NCBI GenBank assembly: GCA_024679065.1
Contig: JAGIQG010000036.1
Location: forward strand, 12,586,001 to 12,650,000
Origin: Sphyrna mokarran
Lineage: Eukaryota
Direction of reading: 5' to 3'
DNA length: 64,000 nt
The notes below the pieces were generated by a model. The model was not told the DNA's origin, did no database searches, and saw only the letters and a list, made by a program, of their open reading frames with translations. Position numbers and translations under genes: made by a program. This document shows, one piece after another, positions 24,245 through 36,437 of the stretch. The first letter of the stretch is position 1. Each line of letters begins with the position of its first letter.

Positions 24245-24900
24245 GACGGACCTTGGGGTGCATGTCCAAAGATCCGTGAAGGCATAGGATAAGTAGATAA
24301 GATAGTTAAGAAGCCATATAGAATACTCAGCATTATTAGTCGAGGCACAAAATATAAGTGCAAGGAGGTTATAACGGAGCTGTATAAAACACTTGTTAGG
24401 CCAAAGCTAGTGTATTGTGTACAGTTCTAGCCTCCACTTTAGGGTGTGATTGCATTGGAGAGGGTGCAGTGGAAATTCACCAGGATATTGCTTGAGTTGG
24501 AGCATTTCAGCCATAAAGGAAGAGCAGTAAGAGTGGCGTTGCTTTCCTTAGAGCAGAGAAGGCTGATGGAGGAACTGATTGAGGTGTACAGAATTATGAG
24601 CGACATAGGGTAGATAAGAAGAAACTTTCCCCTTACTGGAGGGATGGACAACGAGGAGCATAAGGAAAGGGGCAGGAGATTTAGAGGGCTTTGAGGAGAA
24701 ACATTATCACTGAGAGGGTGTAGCAATCTAAAACTCTCTCCTTGAAAGGGTGGTAGAGGTAGACATTTAAGAAACATTTAGATGAGCATTTGAAGCACCA
24801 TATCTTACAAGATATTGACCAAATGCTGGAAAATGGGAATATAATAGTATTTTAATGGCTGGTGCAATCACAATGGACAAAAAGGTCTCTGTGTGCTCTT
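24245..24900 (+). mobile_element. Degenerate CR1 3' fragment
   Basis: ..ctgtataaaacacttgttaggcc..tattgtgtacagttct..gagcagagaaggctga.. Confidence 0.8.
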
Positions 24901-25084
24901 AAACTATAGTAATGACAAGTAATGATACACATGAAGACAAAATAAAGATAGCAGGAGCACATGAAAGAAATAGCCGATTAAAAGAAGTGCGAAGAAATAA
25001 GAGGTTTTTTTGGACGCTCATTTCTTTCTTCAGCGGCAGAAGGCGCTCCAGGATCAACATATCTCATATTATTTGTGAAACGTT

Positions 25085-26125
25085 GAAGATAGGAACGGGT
25101 GGAGGCCGTGGTCTTCGAACCTCTTGCTCCATCCATTACGATCATGGCTGATCATCTAACTCAATAGCCTAATACTGCTAAATATCCCCATAACCGTTGA
25201 TCCTGTTAAGCCCAAGTGCTATATCCAACTCCCACTTGAAAACATTTTGACGTCAATGATTTCCTGTGGTAATGAATTCCTCAAGCTCACCAGCATGGCT
25301 GAATAAATGTCTCCCCATTTCCATCTTAAATGGTCTACTCTGTATTCTCAGGCTGTTACCTCTGGTTCTCTACACCCCCACCTTTGGGAACATCTTTCCT
25401 GCATCTACCGTCTAGTCCTGTTAGATTTTATAAGTCTCTATGAGATCCCTCCCTCATTCGTCTGAACTCCATTGAAAACAATCCTAACCGAGTCAATCCC
25501 TCCTCATACATCAGTACCGCCATCCCCGGAGTCAGCCTGGCAAACCTTCGCTGCACTGCCTTGAGAGCAAAAAACTCAGAAACGGAGGACAAAATTGCAC
25601 ACAATATTCTAGATGTGGCCTCACCAAGGCCCTGTATAATTGCAACCACACATCCCTGCTACTGTATTCGAAACCACTCGCAATGAATGCCAACACATCA
25701 GTTGCCTTCTTTACCGCCTGCTGCTCCTGAATGCTTACCTTCAGTGACTCGTGCACAAGGACACCAAGATCCTGCTGCACACTCCCCTCCCCAATTTATA
25801 GTTAGTCTGCCTTCTTGTTTTTGCTTCCAAAGTGAATACCTTCGCATTTGTCTAAATGATACTACATCTGTCATTGATCTGACCAGACCTGACCAGATCA
25901 AGCCAAAGGATTTCTTCTTTCTCGTCACGGTTCGCCCTTTCACCCAATTTGGTATCATCTGCAAACTTTGCGATGTCACATTTTATTTCCTGATCCAAAT
26001 CATTAACATATATTGTGAATACCTGCGGGTCCAGCAGCCATTCCCACTCTGTTTCTTTTCTGTCAACGAGTTTTCTATCCATCTCAATACAATTACCCCA
26101 ATCCCACGCGCTTTAACTTTGGACA
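25085..26125 (-). mobile_element. Degenerate CR1 LINE
   Basis: FTIYVNDLDQEIKCDIAKFADDTKLG and QLYRALVRPHLEYCVQF on the minus strand. Confidence 0.9.
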
Positions 26126-26159
26126 GGACAGGAGGAAATAAGTGAGCTCCAGTAGCTGA

Positions 26160-26660
26160 AGTTTGAAGTTTATGTATTAGCGTCACAAGTAGCTTTACAT
26201 TAACAACACAATGAAATTACTATGAAAATCCCCTCGTCGCCAAACTCCGCCGCCTGTTCCGCTACATTAAAAGAGGGTTTAGATTGGCCAATCCACTTAG
26301 CCAGCACATCTTTCGAACTATGGGAGGAAACTGAAGGTCTAGGAGGAAATCCACGCAGAAAATGTGCAATTTCCACGCAGACAGCGACCCAAGGAGGGAA
26401 TCGTCTCTGGGAGGAAACCGAAGCATTGGGAGGAAACCCTCGCAGACATTAACAGTAATTAGAATGCACAATCAACCTAACCGCCACATCTTTAGAGTGT
26501 GGGAGAAAACGGGAGCATCAGGAAGAAACCCACAAAGACATGGAGAGAATATGCAGGCTCCACACAGACAGTGACCCAAGCTGGGAAGCGAACACTGGCA
26601 ATGTGAGGCTGCAACCCCTGGTGCTGTGAGGCAGGACCACTCAACATTCATCCACTGTGC
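26160..26660 (-). mobile_element. Nested or partially duplicated HE1-like SINEs
   Basis: Three repeats of tgggaggaaac..ggaggaaa.cc.cgcaga plus the SINE head and tail. Confidence 0.7.
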
Positions 26661-27722
26661 TGCTCCACGAAATCTTATTTGCCCTGTGTAGCTTGCACAT
26701 GGCGCAGGTAAAGATCCAAACAGAATGATCTTTAAGAGTCTGCTTCTTAATTTGGTGTGTAGTCCATCATGCTCACTATGCAGCATACCCTTACTTGTTA
26801 CGTCCTTAGTACTTAAATGGACTCCAATGACTAGAACCTCCCATTCTCAAGTTCTTCTCCAACTCTAAGCAGATTCTCCGTACACTGGTGTCAGGTGGGC
26901 AACATAGTATCTGGACTCTCGCTTTTTACCGCAGAAAACAGTGTCGACTCCCCAATATGTTCTCTAAATGTATCACTTCATTGTTTTCTGCTGTCCTCAC
27001 TTTACTGGTTTTCTGCACCACAGAGTTACGGACACTTAGCTCACCGACTTCTTTGCTCCCACTCACTTGAAAAAGATGAATGTCCCTCGGACGGTCAGGC
27101 AACTGCAAAGTCTGAGGTTCCTGCACTCCTGCCCTGTGGGTACTCTTAACACCCCCCCACTTTTGAAGTCATATCCTCCTGTCAGTGACCAATAAGTAAA
27201 TTAGGAGATACTATTGTCGGGTTTGACGATCTTTTAATATAAGGTTCCCTTTCCCTGATGCATCCAATACCTGCAGCTCAACCTCCAGCTCATTGATTCA
27301 ACTTCAGCTGCAAATATTTACTAAATGTTGGTGTCTAGCAGCGCCCACATGCTGCAGCCTTGACCCACCACTTGTCCCGACATCCTTAATGTGCTTTGAA
27401 TTATTGCTTATGGATGCTATTCAATTAATAACTTTCCTTTTTATATTTCATTATTTACACCAGTTTCTATATTAATTTAAATCTTCAGGTTAGAATTGAT
27501 CGCAATCAGATACTCATGCAATACTTGGCAAATAATATATTTTTCCCCTGCAACAGAGTGAGAACTAATTCCTATAAATGGAGAGGTTCGAAAACAAATG
27601 AGTATATCTTGCACTGTACTTACTGTATTTCGCTCTGAAATGAAACAGTTCGCTGAGCGCTGGGTACAAAAAAAATTTGTAAACTACTTTCCCTAATTAA
27701 CTAATGTCAATTGTTCTCCAGT

Positions 27723-27936
27723 GAGGGCTGTCAAACAAGAAGGGCGACACTTAACAGCTAGTCAGAGATGGAGATGGAAGCTGTCAATCAGAAAGGATGT
27801 ACGAGGCTGTCTATCAGGGAGTCCGGTGCAGAGCTGCCAATTATAGAGGAGGTACAGAGCTGCCAATCGCAGAGGGATACAGAGAGTTGTCAATCAGAGA
27901 GGATAATACGGAGCTGCCAATCAGAGAGGGAAAAAC
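27723..27936 (+). repeat. Degenerate ~26-bp tandem repeat (GAGCTG(T/C)CAATCAGAGAGG...), about 8 units
   Basis: Units gctgtcaaac, gctgtcaatcag, gctgtctatcag, gctgccaattat, gctgccaatcgc, gttgtcaatcag, gctgccaatcag. Confidence 0.85.
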
Positions 27937-28420
27937 AGGCCTGTCCGTTTCTACTGCACTTCGCCTAAGGTTTGGATTTCTGATTTCGCCCGGCGCCTCC
28001 TACCTCAAATATACTTGTCGCCACCAGAGAGCGCACTTCCCCCAATCATCATCTCGATTATTTTAAATATAAACATGTCAATACGTCATGCTCCAAACTT
28101 CTGAATCTATGGAAATACAGGCTAGATTTATCGGCACTGCTGACTTTATTAACACTATTTCACTTACACATCACCACATCGATCTGATGTACCTGCACTG
28201 CACACTCTTTACTGTTTATTCCCTCTCTATTCACTTATGAATGCTGATTTGGCAATCTTCTGTTCCCAGTAGCCTTTGCGTTCCACCAATCAGAATGAAA
28301 CGGAGGTTGTCCAAAACTGCTCTTATTATTTCCCTCGAAATAAAGTCCAGGCTTGATCTCTCAATACGCCAGACTCCGGATCTGGAACCTTCCTTCATTT
28401 TGAGGGAAATAGAGCAAAAG

Positions 28421-28923
28421 ATGCACCTGTTACTGGGTTTGATAATCATACTTCGCGGTAGGAATGTTTAATCAATTTTTGCCTCCTTCTTTGTCTCTTA
28501 CTTTATTATTGCTTCTCATTTTCTTTCGCTCTTCTTTCCCGTACTCCCTCCCCCTCGTTCTTTCACCAATTTTCTCTTTTTTTCTCCCCGGAATGCCCAA
28601 CTAACTGGTCTTCTCTTCCCCATCCAGGCGTGAATTCACAGACTATCCACCAGACCCCTGCCGCTGTCTCCAAATCCTCCGGGGAGGAAGTGGAACTAAT
28701 GTGTTCCCTGGATGGCACCAGTACTGCTGTAATGTTCTGGTACAGACAATTCCCAGGAAAAGAGCCTCACTTGATGTTTTATTCCATGGCTGCAGAAAGC
28801 GTGAATTCAGAAGGGACGGTAGACGGTTTCACAGCCGTGAGACCGAATATGAATGAGTTCAACCTGAATGCCCCCAACCTGCTGGCGAATCACTCGGCCG
28901 TGTATTACTGCGCCTGGAGTCTT
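28421..28923 (+). CDS. TRBV: TCR beta V segment V9 (CAWS family, divergent), apparently functional: leader 28421-28457, V exon 28628-28923
   Basis: MHLLLGLIIILR|GVNSQTIHQTPAAVSKSSGEEVELMCSLDGTSTAVMFWYRQFPGKEPHLMFYS..NHSAVYYCAWSL. Confidence 0.93.
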
Positions 28924-28962
28924 CACAGTGACTCAGAGAGATGGAGAAGTTCAACAAAAACG
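28924..28962 (+). other. 23-RSS of V9
   Basis: CACAGTG, 23 nt, ACAAAAACG. Confidence 0.96.
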
Positions 28963-29854
28963 CCAAAGGCAGCAGGAAACAGCTGCGAATGATAAAACAA
29001 AGTGGTGTCGATCCGCTTCGATTGAATTATTGTGAGTTTACAAGTGAAATCGGAAAGATCGAAAGAAGGGGAGGAAAGATGGAGGGTAATGAACAAAGAG
29101 TGAACAGTCGAGAAGAGAAAAAAAACATATATTTGGAAACCAAGTTCCATTACTCAACAAAGAGAAATGAGAACTTTCTCGAACCATGGAACAGTCAAGT
29201 GCAATTATTTAATGTGCCATAGCAGAACTCTGTTCAGCTCCGTCGGTTATCACAGTTAAACAGGATTTCTGACGGGATTGATTACATGAAGAGGCCATTT
29301 AAACCTGTTGCATAGAAACAATAGGAACCCACTTTAGTCCAATTGAGCTCGTTTCACAGGAACGGGAGGAGATCATTAAACTCTTTGAAATTGTTACAAA
29401 TTGAAAATAAAGTGCGACTTTACGCATCTACCTTTCAACTACATGATGCTTTAGTCGTAATTTTCTGTCTTCGTATAAGAAGTCTCAATTGAACGATCAC
29501 TTTCATGCTTAACCTGAAGAGACTCGCCGGCTGGGCGAAGGAGCATTGCAAATACCAGCTTAATTCAATCTTTCGTCATTTAGTTTAGATTTCCCACTAC
29601 AGGGAACTGTTTCTCTTCGGAATTTCATTTCGCTTTTCTCTAGTGCCGAATTAGCTAATTAATATTGCACATAAGGGGATATACATCAAGTCTATGCAAT
29701 CCTAAGAATCCCCGAATGGCGCTGCAAATCTTCAATGCCCCATCAGCTACATCCTAGGGGTCAATGCCCTACGGGTTATAATTGATCAGAACCTGAAATA
29801 GACCAGCCATTACAATGCTGTCCGTAAAACAGAAATAAAATAAAATAGAAGTCA

Positions 29855-30140
29855 TATAACTTTACAGTATAGACAGAGGTCATTCGGCCCGTGGAGTCTG
29901 CACCGACCACAATCCCACTCAGACCCTACCTCATAACCCTACATATTTTACCACTAATCTCTCTAACCTACGCATCTCAGGAGACTAAGGAGCAATTTTG
30001 GCCTGGCCAGTCAACCTAATCCGCACATCTCTGGACTTTGGGGAGAAACTGGAGCACCCGGAGCAGACAGTGACCAAAGCCAGGAATTGAACGCAGTTCC
30101 CTGGAAGTAGCAGTGCTAACCACTGTGCTACCATGCCGTG
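29855..30140 (-). mobile_element. HE1-like SINE
   Basis: SINE core plus gcagtgctaaccactgtgc head. Confidence 0.8.
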
Positions 30141-30179
30141 AAAGGGGCACAGATTCTCTAGGTCCTCTCGCCACCTAGA

Positions 30180-30680
30180 AGGCACAAGTCAGGAGTGTAA
30201 TGCAATAGTCTCCATTTGCCCGGGTGAGTGCAGCTCCAACAACACTCAGTAACTTCGACTCCATCCGAGACAAAACAGCTTGTTTTATTGGCACCTCATT
30301 TCGCACCTTTAACGTTCAGTCCATCCATCACTGCCATGCAGTGGCTTCAATGTATTACAGGAACCCGCCAAAACTTCTTCGGCTTGACCTAAATATACTA
30401 AACTTCGAGCTCTACCAACTTGGAAGACAAAGGCGGCAGACGCAAGGGAACTGCGCCACTAGTAAGTTCCCTTCCAATACATAAACCATTTGGACTGAAA
30501 ATATTTCGTCCATCATTCACTCTCGCTGAGTGGAAATACTAGAACACTCTCCCTAATAGCACGACTGGTGTGCCTACACCATATGGGATGCAGCCATTCA
30601 TGGAAGCGCTTCATCTCAAACGCAATGAAGTTTCGACAGTAAGTGTTGGCTTTACACTACGTTCACCGAGTTAAAAAAAA
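30180..30680 (+). mobile_element. Old LINE 3' fragment of a second lineage (related to 46610-47700 and 58400-59750)
   Basis: aggcacaagtcaggagtg..gcagctccaacaacactca..atccgagacaaaacagc; the 3' part matches 58400-58790 in reverse. Confidence 0.55.
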
Positions 30681-31094
30681 GACATGATTTAATAACCCCC
30701 GGTTTCTGTTTGGTGAATCCACGCTGTATTACCTCAAAGCCAACTGCAACTTATATTGACTTGGCGCCTTTAATGCAATAAAATGTCCTAAAACGTTTGT
30801 TGTGTCTTTTGTAAAACACACTTTGACATCGAGCCGCGTAAGAATTATATGAGGACAGATGGCCAACAGATGGCCTCCAAGCGGGAGGTTCTAAGCACAG
30901 TTTTGAAAACGGAAAGGGGGTAGAAAAGCGGAGAGATTTAGCTAAGAAAATCCATTACCTGGAGTCTTAATTTCTGCCAATAGCAGCGCCATTGAAGTCG
31001 AGGATGCTAGAGGCCGCAATTTGGGGCTGTATCAATCTGTGAGGGTTTTGGTGCTGGAGCAGGTTATAGAAGCAGGAAGGACTGGACAGGATTT

Positions 31095-31345
31095 CAGGCA
31101 CGAGTGGCATAGTCGTTAGCACTGCTGCATCACAGCGCCAGGGACCCGGTCCGACTCCCGTCTTGGAAGACTACCTGTGCAGAGTCTGCATGTTCTTCCC
31201 GTATTTCTGTGGGTTTCCCCTGGATGCTTCGGTCTGCTCCCACAATCACAAAGATATGCTAGTTGGGTGCATTGGCCATGCTCAGGCGCCTGAGTATGGT
31301 GACACGGGGACTTTCACAGCCATTTCAGTGCACTGTTAATATAGG
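31095..31345 (+). mobile_element. HE1-like SINE
   Basis: ggcacg.gtggcatagtcgttagcactgctgcatcacagcgccagggaccc head. Confidence 0.8.
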
Positions 31346-31369
31346 CATATTTGTAACACTAATAAATAT

Positions 31370-31900
31370 TAGGGGGGACTAGGTGGCTTGGGTGGGGTTA
31401 TAATGAATAGAACAGTTGTTGTGGCTCAAGCAGGTTACTGAGTTAGCGAGATTTGGAGGGCTAAAAGTGCTTGCAAAGTTAGGAAGAATGGAAAGGCTGG
31501 CACAGATCGCGAGTTAGATGGTTGAAGGTTTTGAGGGAGTTTGATAGTTAGGGAGATTTGGAGGGGCTGGAGAATATTACACAGAGAGATAGGAAGAGCT
31601 AAAGGGACTGGAGGAAATTACAGTTAGGGTAACCTGGAGGGGTTGCAGTACATTACAGAGTTGGGGGGCGCTGTTCTTGGAGGGCTGAGGGGTTACAGAA
31701 TTAAGAGCCATTTGAGGGGCTACAGATTGTTATAGAGCCAGGGAAAGCTGAAGGGCTGGAGGAGGTTAGTGATTTAGGGAAATTGCGTGGACTTGATATG
31801 ATTTCAAAGATAGGGAGTGTTGGTGCGGCTTGGTGCGAGGGGCTTACACAAATAAGTAGAGTTGTAAGGGCTCAAGCAGATGACAGAGCCAGTGAAAGGA
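31370..31900 (+). repeat. Highly degenerate purine-rich tandem repeat (~33-35 bp; gagggctggaggaggttacagagatagg-like)
   Basis: Recurring gagggg(c)tgga..ttacag motifs. Confidence 0.55.
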
Positions 31901-33029
31901 AATGTTGTTCCTGCATGGGGAATGTCCAGAGTTAGGTCTGGGGCGAGGACATGGGCAGATTTGACAACAAGTTTAACAATTCTTAAGTCGTTGTTTAAAT
32001 ATGGAATTATTACAGTCTTGAGACAGTTCTACAGGAAATTGGGAGCATCACACACCGCATAAAATGTACATCTTTGGTCATCTTACTTAAGGAGGGACTT
32101 ACTTGCATTAGAAACAATTCAAGAAAGATTAATTAGGCCGTTTTACGGGACAAACCGATTGACATATGAGACAGGCTAATGAATATATTAGAGTTTAAAA
32201 GAATGTAAGGTGACCTTAATGAAACATATCGATTTCTGAGAGGACTTGATTGGATAGACCCTAAAAGCGCATTTTCTTTCACAGTGGATTTTGAACCAGG
32301 GGACAGAGTTACAAGACAAGGAGATTCCTATTTAACGTGCAGAAAAGATGAAACTTCTCAGGCAAAAGAGAAGGAAACTTTGAGGAGTTGGACATGGTTC
32401 AAGGAAGACAGTACAAAATGTCAAAAAGGAAAACGCAGCAAGTGACAGTTCGATGAAGACGGAAGAAATATATAGAATTCTGGGCACCAAAGAACATTAA
32501 GATGTCTTCTCAATAGTAACTATTTGAAATAGATTAACACATGTTGTGGGATGTGGATGTGCAATCATGAAGGCAGATTCCATTAATCTTAGTGGACGAG
32601 CATTAAATTAAAGAGGTATAAGGAGAACATTTACTTTTGTTATAAGTGAATAGAACTCAAGGAGAACAAAGAACAATACAGCACAGGGAACCAGTCCTTC
32701 TGCCCATTTAGCCTGTGCTGATATGTAATTTCTACCCTTCTATTGGCCTCCCGTTCATGTGTCTTTCAAGATGCACCTTGAACGTTACTAATGTGTTTGC
32801 ACCTCCATTGCAGTGCTTTTCACTCATTCACCACCATCACTGTGGGGAAAACGTTCCCCACACTTCTCATTCCTCAACTTTTCCTCTTTCACTCAAGAAT
32901 AAAGACAAAATAAGTTGCTGCAAATAAAGGAATAACATTTCGTATCAATCTGGAAGAGATTTGGAAAGCATTGAAATGGAGAACAATCGACAAGAAGAAG
33001 AGTCGAATGGGATTCCAGCAAGAGACTCC

Positions 33030-33545
33030 TCATTTTGGAAAGGATGTGATTGCACTAGAACGGGTACAGAGGCAGTTCACCAAAATGTCGCCTGGGATGG
33101 AAAAGTTCAGCTATAATGAGAGACTGGATAGGCTTGGATTTTTTTAGAGCAGAGAAGGTTGAGTAGAGACATGGTTGAGGTAGATCAGATTATGAGGGGC
33201 TTCGATAGGGTGAGTAGAAAGTAACTATTCCCCTTTGTTGATTGGTCAATCACGGGGCATAGTTTTAGGGTAAGGGGCAAGGGATTCAGAAGAGTTTTGA
33301 GAAAACATTTCTTTTTATGCTGAGAGTGGTGAGAATCTGTAATGCGCTGACTGAGGAGGTAGTGGAGGCCGAAAACCTGACAACCTTTAAAAAGTAATTG
33401 GATGAGCACTCGAAATATCACAACATTCAAGGATATGGGGAACGTGCTGGAAAAGGGGATTAGTGCGACTTGTGTGGTAATTGTTGTCTGTACAGGCTCG
33501 AGCGTTCAAACGGCCTTTGCTGTGCCGTATGATTCTATGACTCTC
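33030..33545 (+). mobile_element. CR1 3' fragment
   Basis: ggatgtgattgcactagaacgggtacagaggcagttcacc..tatgattctatga tail. Confidence 0.8.
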
Positions 33546-34404
33546 GGATTATGTACATGGCTGGTAAGTGATCCTGGACGCCATGACCTGAACAAGCTAT
33601 AGAAATAAAACTATGATAAGAGAGAAGTTGCAAGACCTAGGGTGGAGTTGGGGGGAGGGTTAGAGAGGCGGGGCTAAGCCTGTTGGTGGCAATAATCAAA
33701 GGAAAAGTTATAGAGAAGGTTCAAGATTGTAAAACCTATCAAGGTATTAAACTCCTGCCACAACTCTTCCAGATACTGCAAGGAATCAAATAAGGACCAG
33801 TAACTCGGGAAAATAGCGGAAATCTGATTCTTGCCTGAATTAAGTACCAACAATGTTTTTCATTTTGTAAAAAAAATCTGATGAAGAAATTCGGGAAGAT
33901 GATGGAAGCATCGAAGAGAGTATCCCGGAAGCCATTGAAGCTGTAGTCTCATTTACGTATGGAGCTTGCACATTCTCCCCATATGTCTGCATCAGTTTCC
34001 TTTTGGTGCTTTGGTTTCTTCCATCAGTCCAAAGATGTGTAGTTTACGTGGATTAGCCATGATAAATGCCCAGGTTTATGGGGCTAGGGGGAAGGGGAGG
34101 GCCTGCGTGGGATGGTCTATCGGAGAACTGGTGCAGACTTGATGGGTTGAATGGCGTTCTTCTACACTGGAACCATCGATTTCAATTTTTAGATGGACAG
34201 AAATATGGCGAATGGAGTGATGGCAATTGGGGCGATGGGACTGCCTCGAAGAAAAGAAGAAGAGAAACTTACAACCGGATGGAATGGGTGACTGAAAAGA
34301 AGAGATGGCGAAGGGCGATACAATTGGAGAATTCCGAAGGAAGAAAGAAGGACTGAGGGGGATTGTCTTCTGTCAGAGTGTTGGTGTTGGATATTGTCTT
34401 GGAT

Positions 34405-35462
34405 AGAAGATTGGTTGACTGGAAGAAGGTAGAGAGTGGGGATAAAGGAGTCTTTCTTAGGATGGTAGCCATTGACAAGTAGTGTGCCTCAAGCATCGGT
34501 GTTGGAACCACAACGTTTCACAATATACATTCATGATTTGGAAGAAGGAATTGAAGGTACTATTGCGAAGTTTGCAGATGATACAAAGATATGTAGCGGG
34601 ACAGGCAAACAGGAGGGGGGGTTGCAGAAAGACTTGGACAGGTTAGGAGAGTGGGCAAATAAGTGGCAGATGGAATACAATGTGGAAAAGTGAGAGGTTA
34701 TGCACTTTAGAAGGAGTCAAGGACTATTTTCTAAATGGGAAATGCTTAAGACATCAGAAACACAAAGGGACTTGGGAGTCATTGTTGAAGATTCCCTTAA
34801 GATTAACATGCAGTTTTAGTTGGCAGTTAGGAAAGGAAAGGCAATGTTAGCATTTATGTCGAGAAGACTAGAATATAAGAACAGGAATGTACTTCTGAAG
34901 CGGTAAATGATCTCATCAGACCATATTTTGACTATTGAGAGTGGTTTAGGACCCCATATCTAAGGAAGGACGTGCTGGTCTTGGGAAGGACCTAGATGAG
35001 ATTCACAAGAATGATACGTGGAATGAAGGGCTTGTCGTATGAGGAGAAGATTCTGGATCTGTACTTGTTGGAGTTTAGAAGGATGGAGGTGATCTTATTG
35101 AAACTTACAGGATACTAAATACTTCGAAAGATTGGATGTTTCCACTTGTAGGAAAAATAAGAACCAGAAAACACAATCTCAGGCTAAAGGGACAATCCTT
35201 TAAAACAGAGATGAGGAGGAATTTCTACAGCCAGAAAGTGCTGAATCTGTGGAACTCTTTTTGCAGAAGGCTGTGGAGGCCACTCATTGGGTGCCTTTAA
35301 GACAGGGATCTTGATTGATAAGGGGATTAGGCGTTATGGGGAAAAGGCAGGAGAATGGGGAGGAGAAAAATACCAGCCATGATTTAATGGCAGGGCAGAC
35401 TTGATTGGCCGAGTGCCTAATTCTGCTCCTATGTTTTATGCCTTATGGCCTTATGGTCTTAT
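34405..35462 (+). mobile_element. Degenerate CR1 LINE (same subfamily as 22755-24010)
   Basis: VPQASVLEPQRFTIYIHDLEEGIEGTIAKFADDTKIC..LQKDLDRLGEWANKWQMEYNVEK; (ccttatgg)n tail. Confidence 0.9.
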
Positions 35463-36437
35463 TGTCTTCCACAGGTAACAGTGAAACTTGGTCATTGAAC
35501 GTACTCGAGCATAAAGTAGACTCCTGATCGACAAAATGACTCTGGACTCATGGGGATAGGCATGGAAATCAGATCAATCATGATCAACTTGAATGTAGGA
35601 GTCGAAAGGTCCACTCATGCTGCTTCTCCTTATTTTTGACTGAATGCCAATGTAGTGGGCAAACAAATATGATGGACGAGCGAAATATATGCTGGGAGTT
35701 GTATCTCTGAGAATTAAGCTCAGTGTTCTGGGCTGACTAATGCTCTATAGAAGAGCAGTATAACCTTTTTCATCTTGTATTCCTGGAGTTGAAGAGCAAA
35801 AATTCGGAACGTTAATTCCCCTAACTGCCTTTCTACAGGTTTTTAGTGAATTGTTTGCTTGATTGTCAGAGAATCATAGAACCTCTAAGGGCAGACGAGG
35901 TCATTTGGCCTATCGAGTCTCCACTGGCTCTCTGATGAGTATCTTACTTAGGCCCTATCACTGTAACCTCACATATTTTTCATTGTTAATCGAGTTCACC
36001 TACACATCTTTGAACACTGAGGGGCAATTTAGCATGGCCATCTACCTAACTTGCACATTTTTGAATTATTGATTTATTTTCTCACCATTTAAGTGGTGCT
36101 GCCATTAGAAGTTAGATATTCAAATGGATTATTCTCAGATATAAAGTGAATGGCCACACACGTTCACGACACTTTGCAGCAGATCCTGCTTTGTCCGCAA
36201 TGTGAATCTGTCTGTGAGCCCTGAGAAACTCCGAGTCCCATGTCAGCACCTGACAGACAATCTGGTGAGGGAGGAGCCGTCAATTAAAGCTGGGGGGGGG
36301 CGGTGCGGTTATTATGGGTTGCGTATTCTCTATTAATTCAGTTGGTTCTGTTTGCACTCGCCAGTTTGGACCTTCCCATCAAGATCTCCGACCTCTGACC
36401 TTGGTTACTCCGCTCTCAGAGTTTCTGGGCCAGGGGC

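Noticed and set aside
27337-27357. Reverse-orientation CTCF-like strings (here and ~30165-30185)
   Set aside because: One needs an insertion in the core and the other has a poor 5' half; too weak without PWM scoring.
27723-27936. CRISPR-like array or repeat-protein ORF (SCQSER)
   Set aside because: Vertebrate DNA with degenerate tandem units, no unique spacers and no cas genes; the ORF is incidental.
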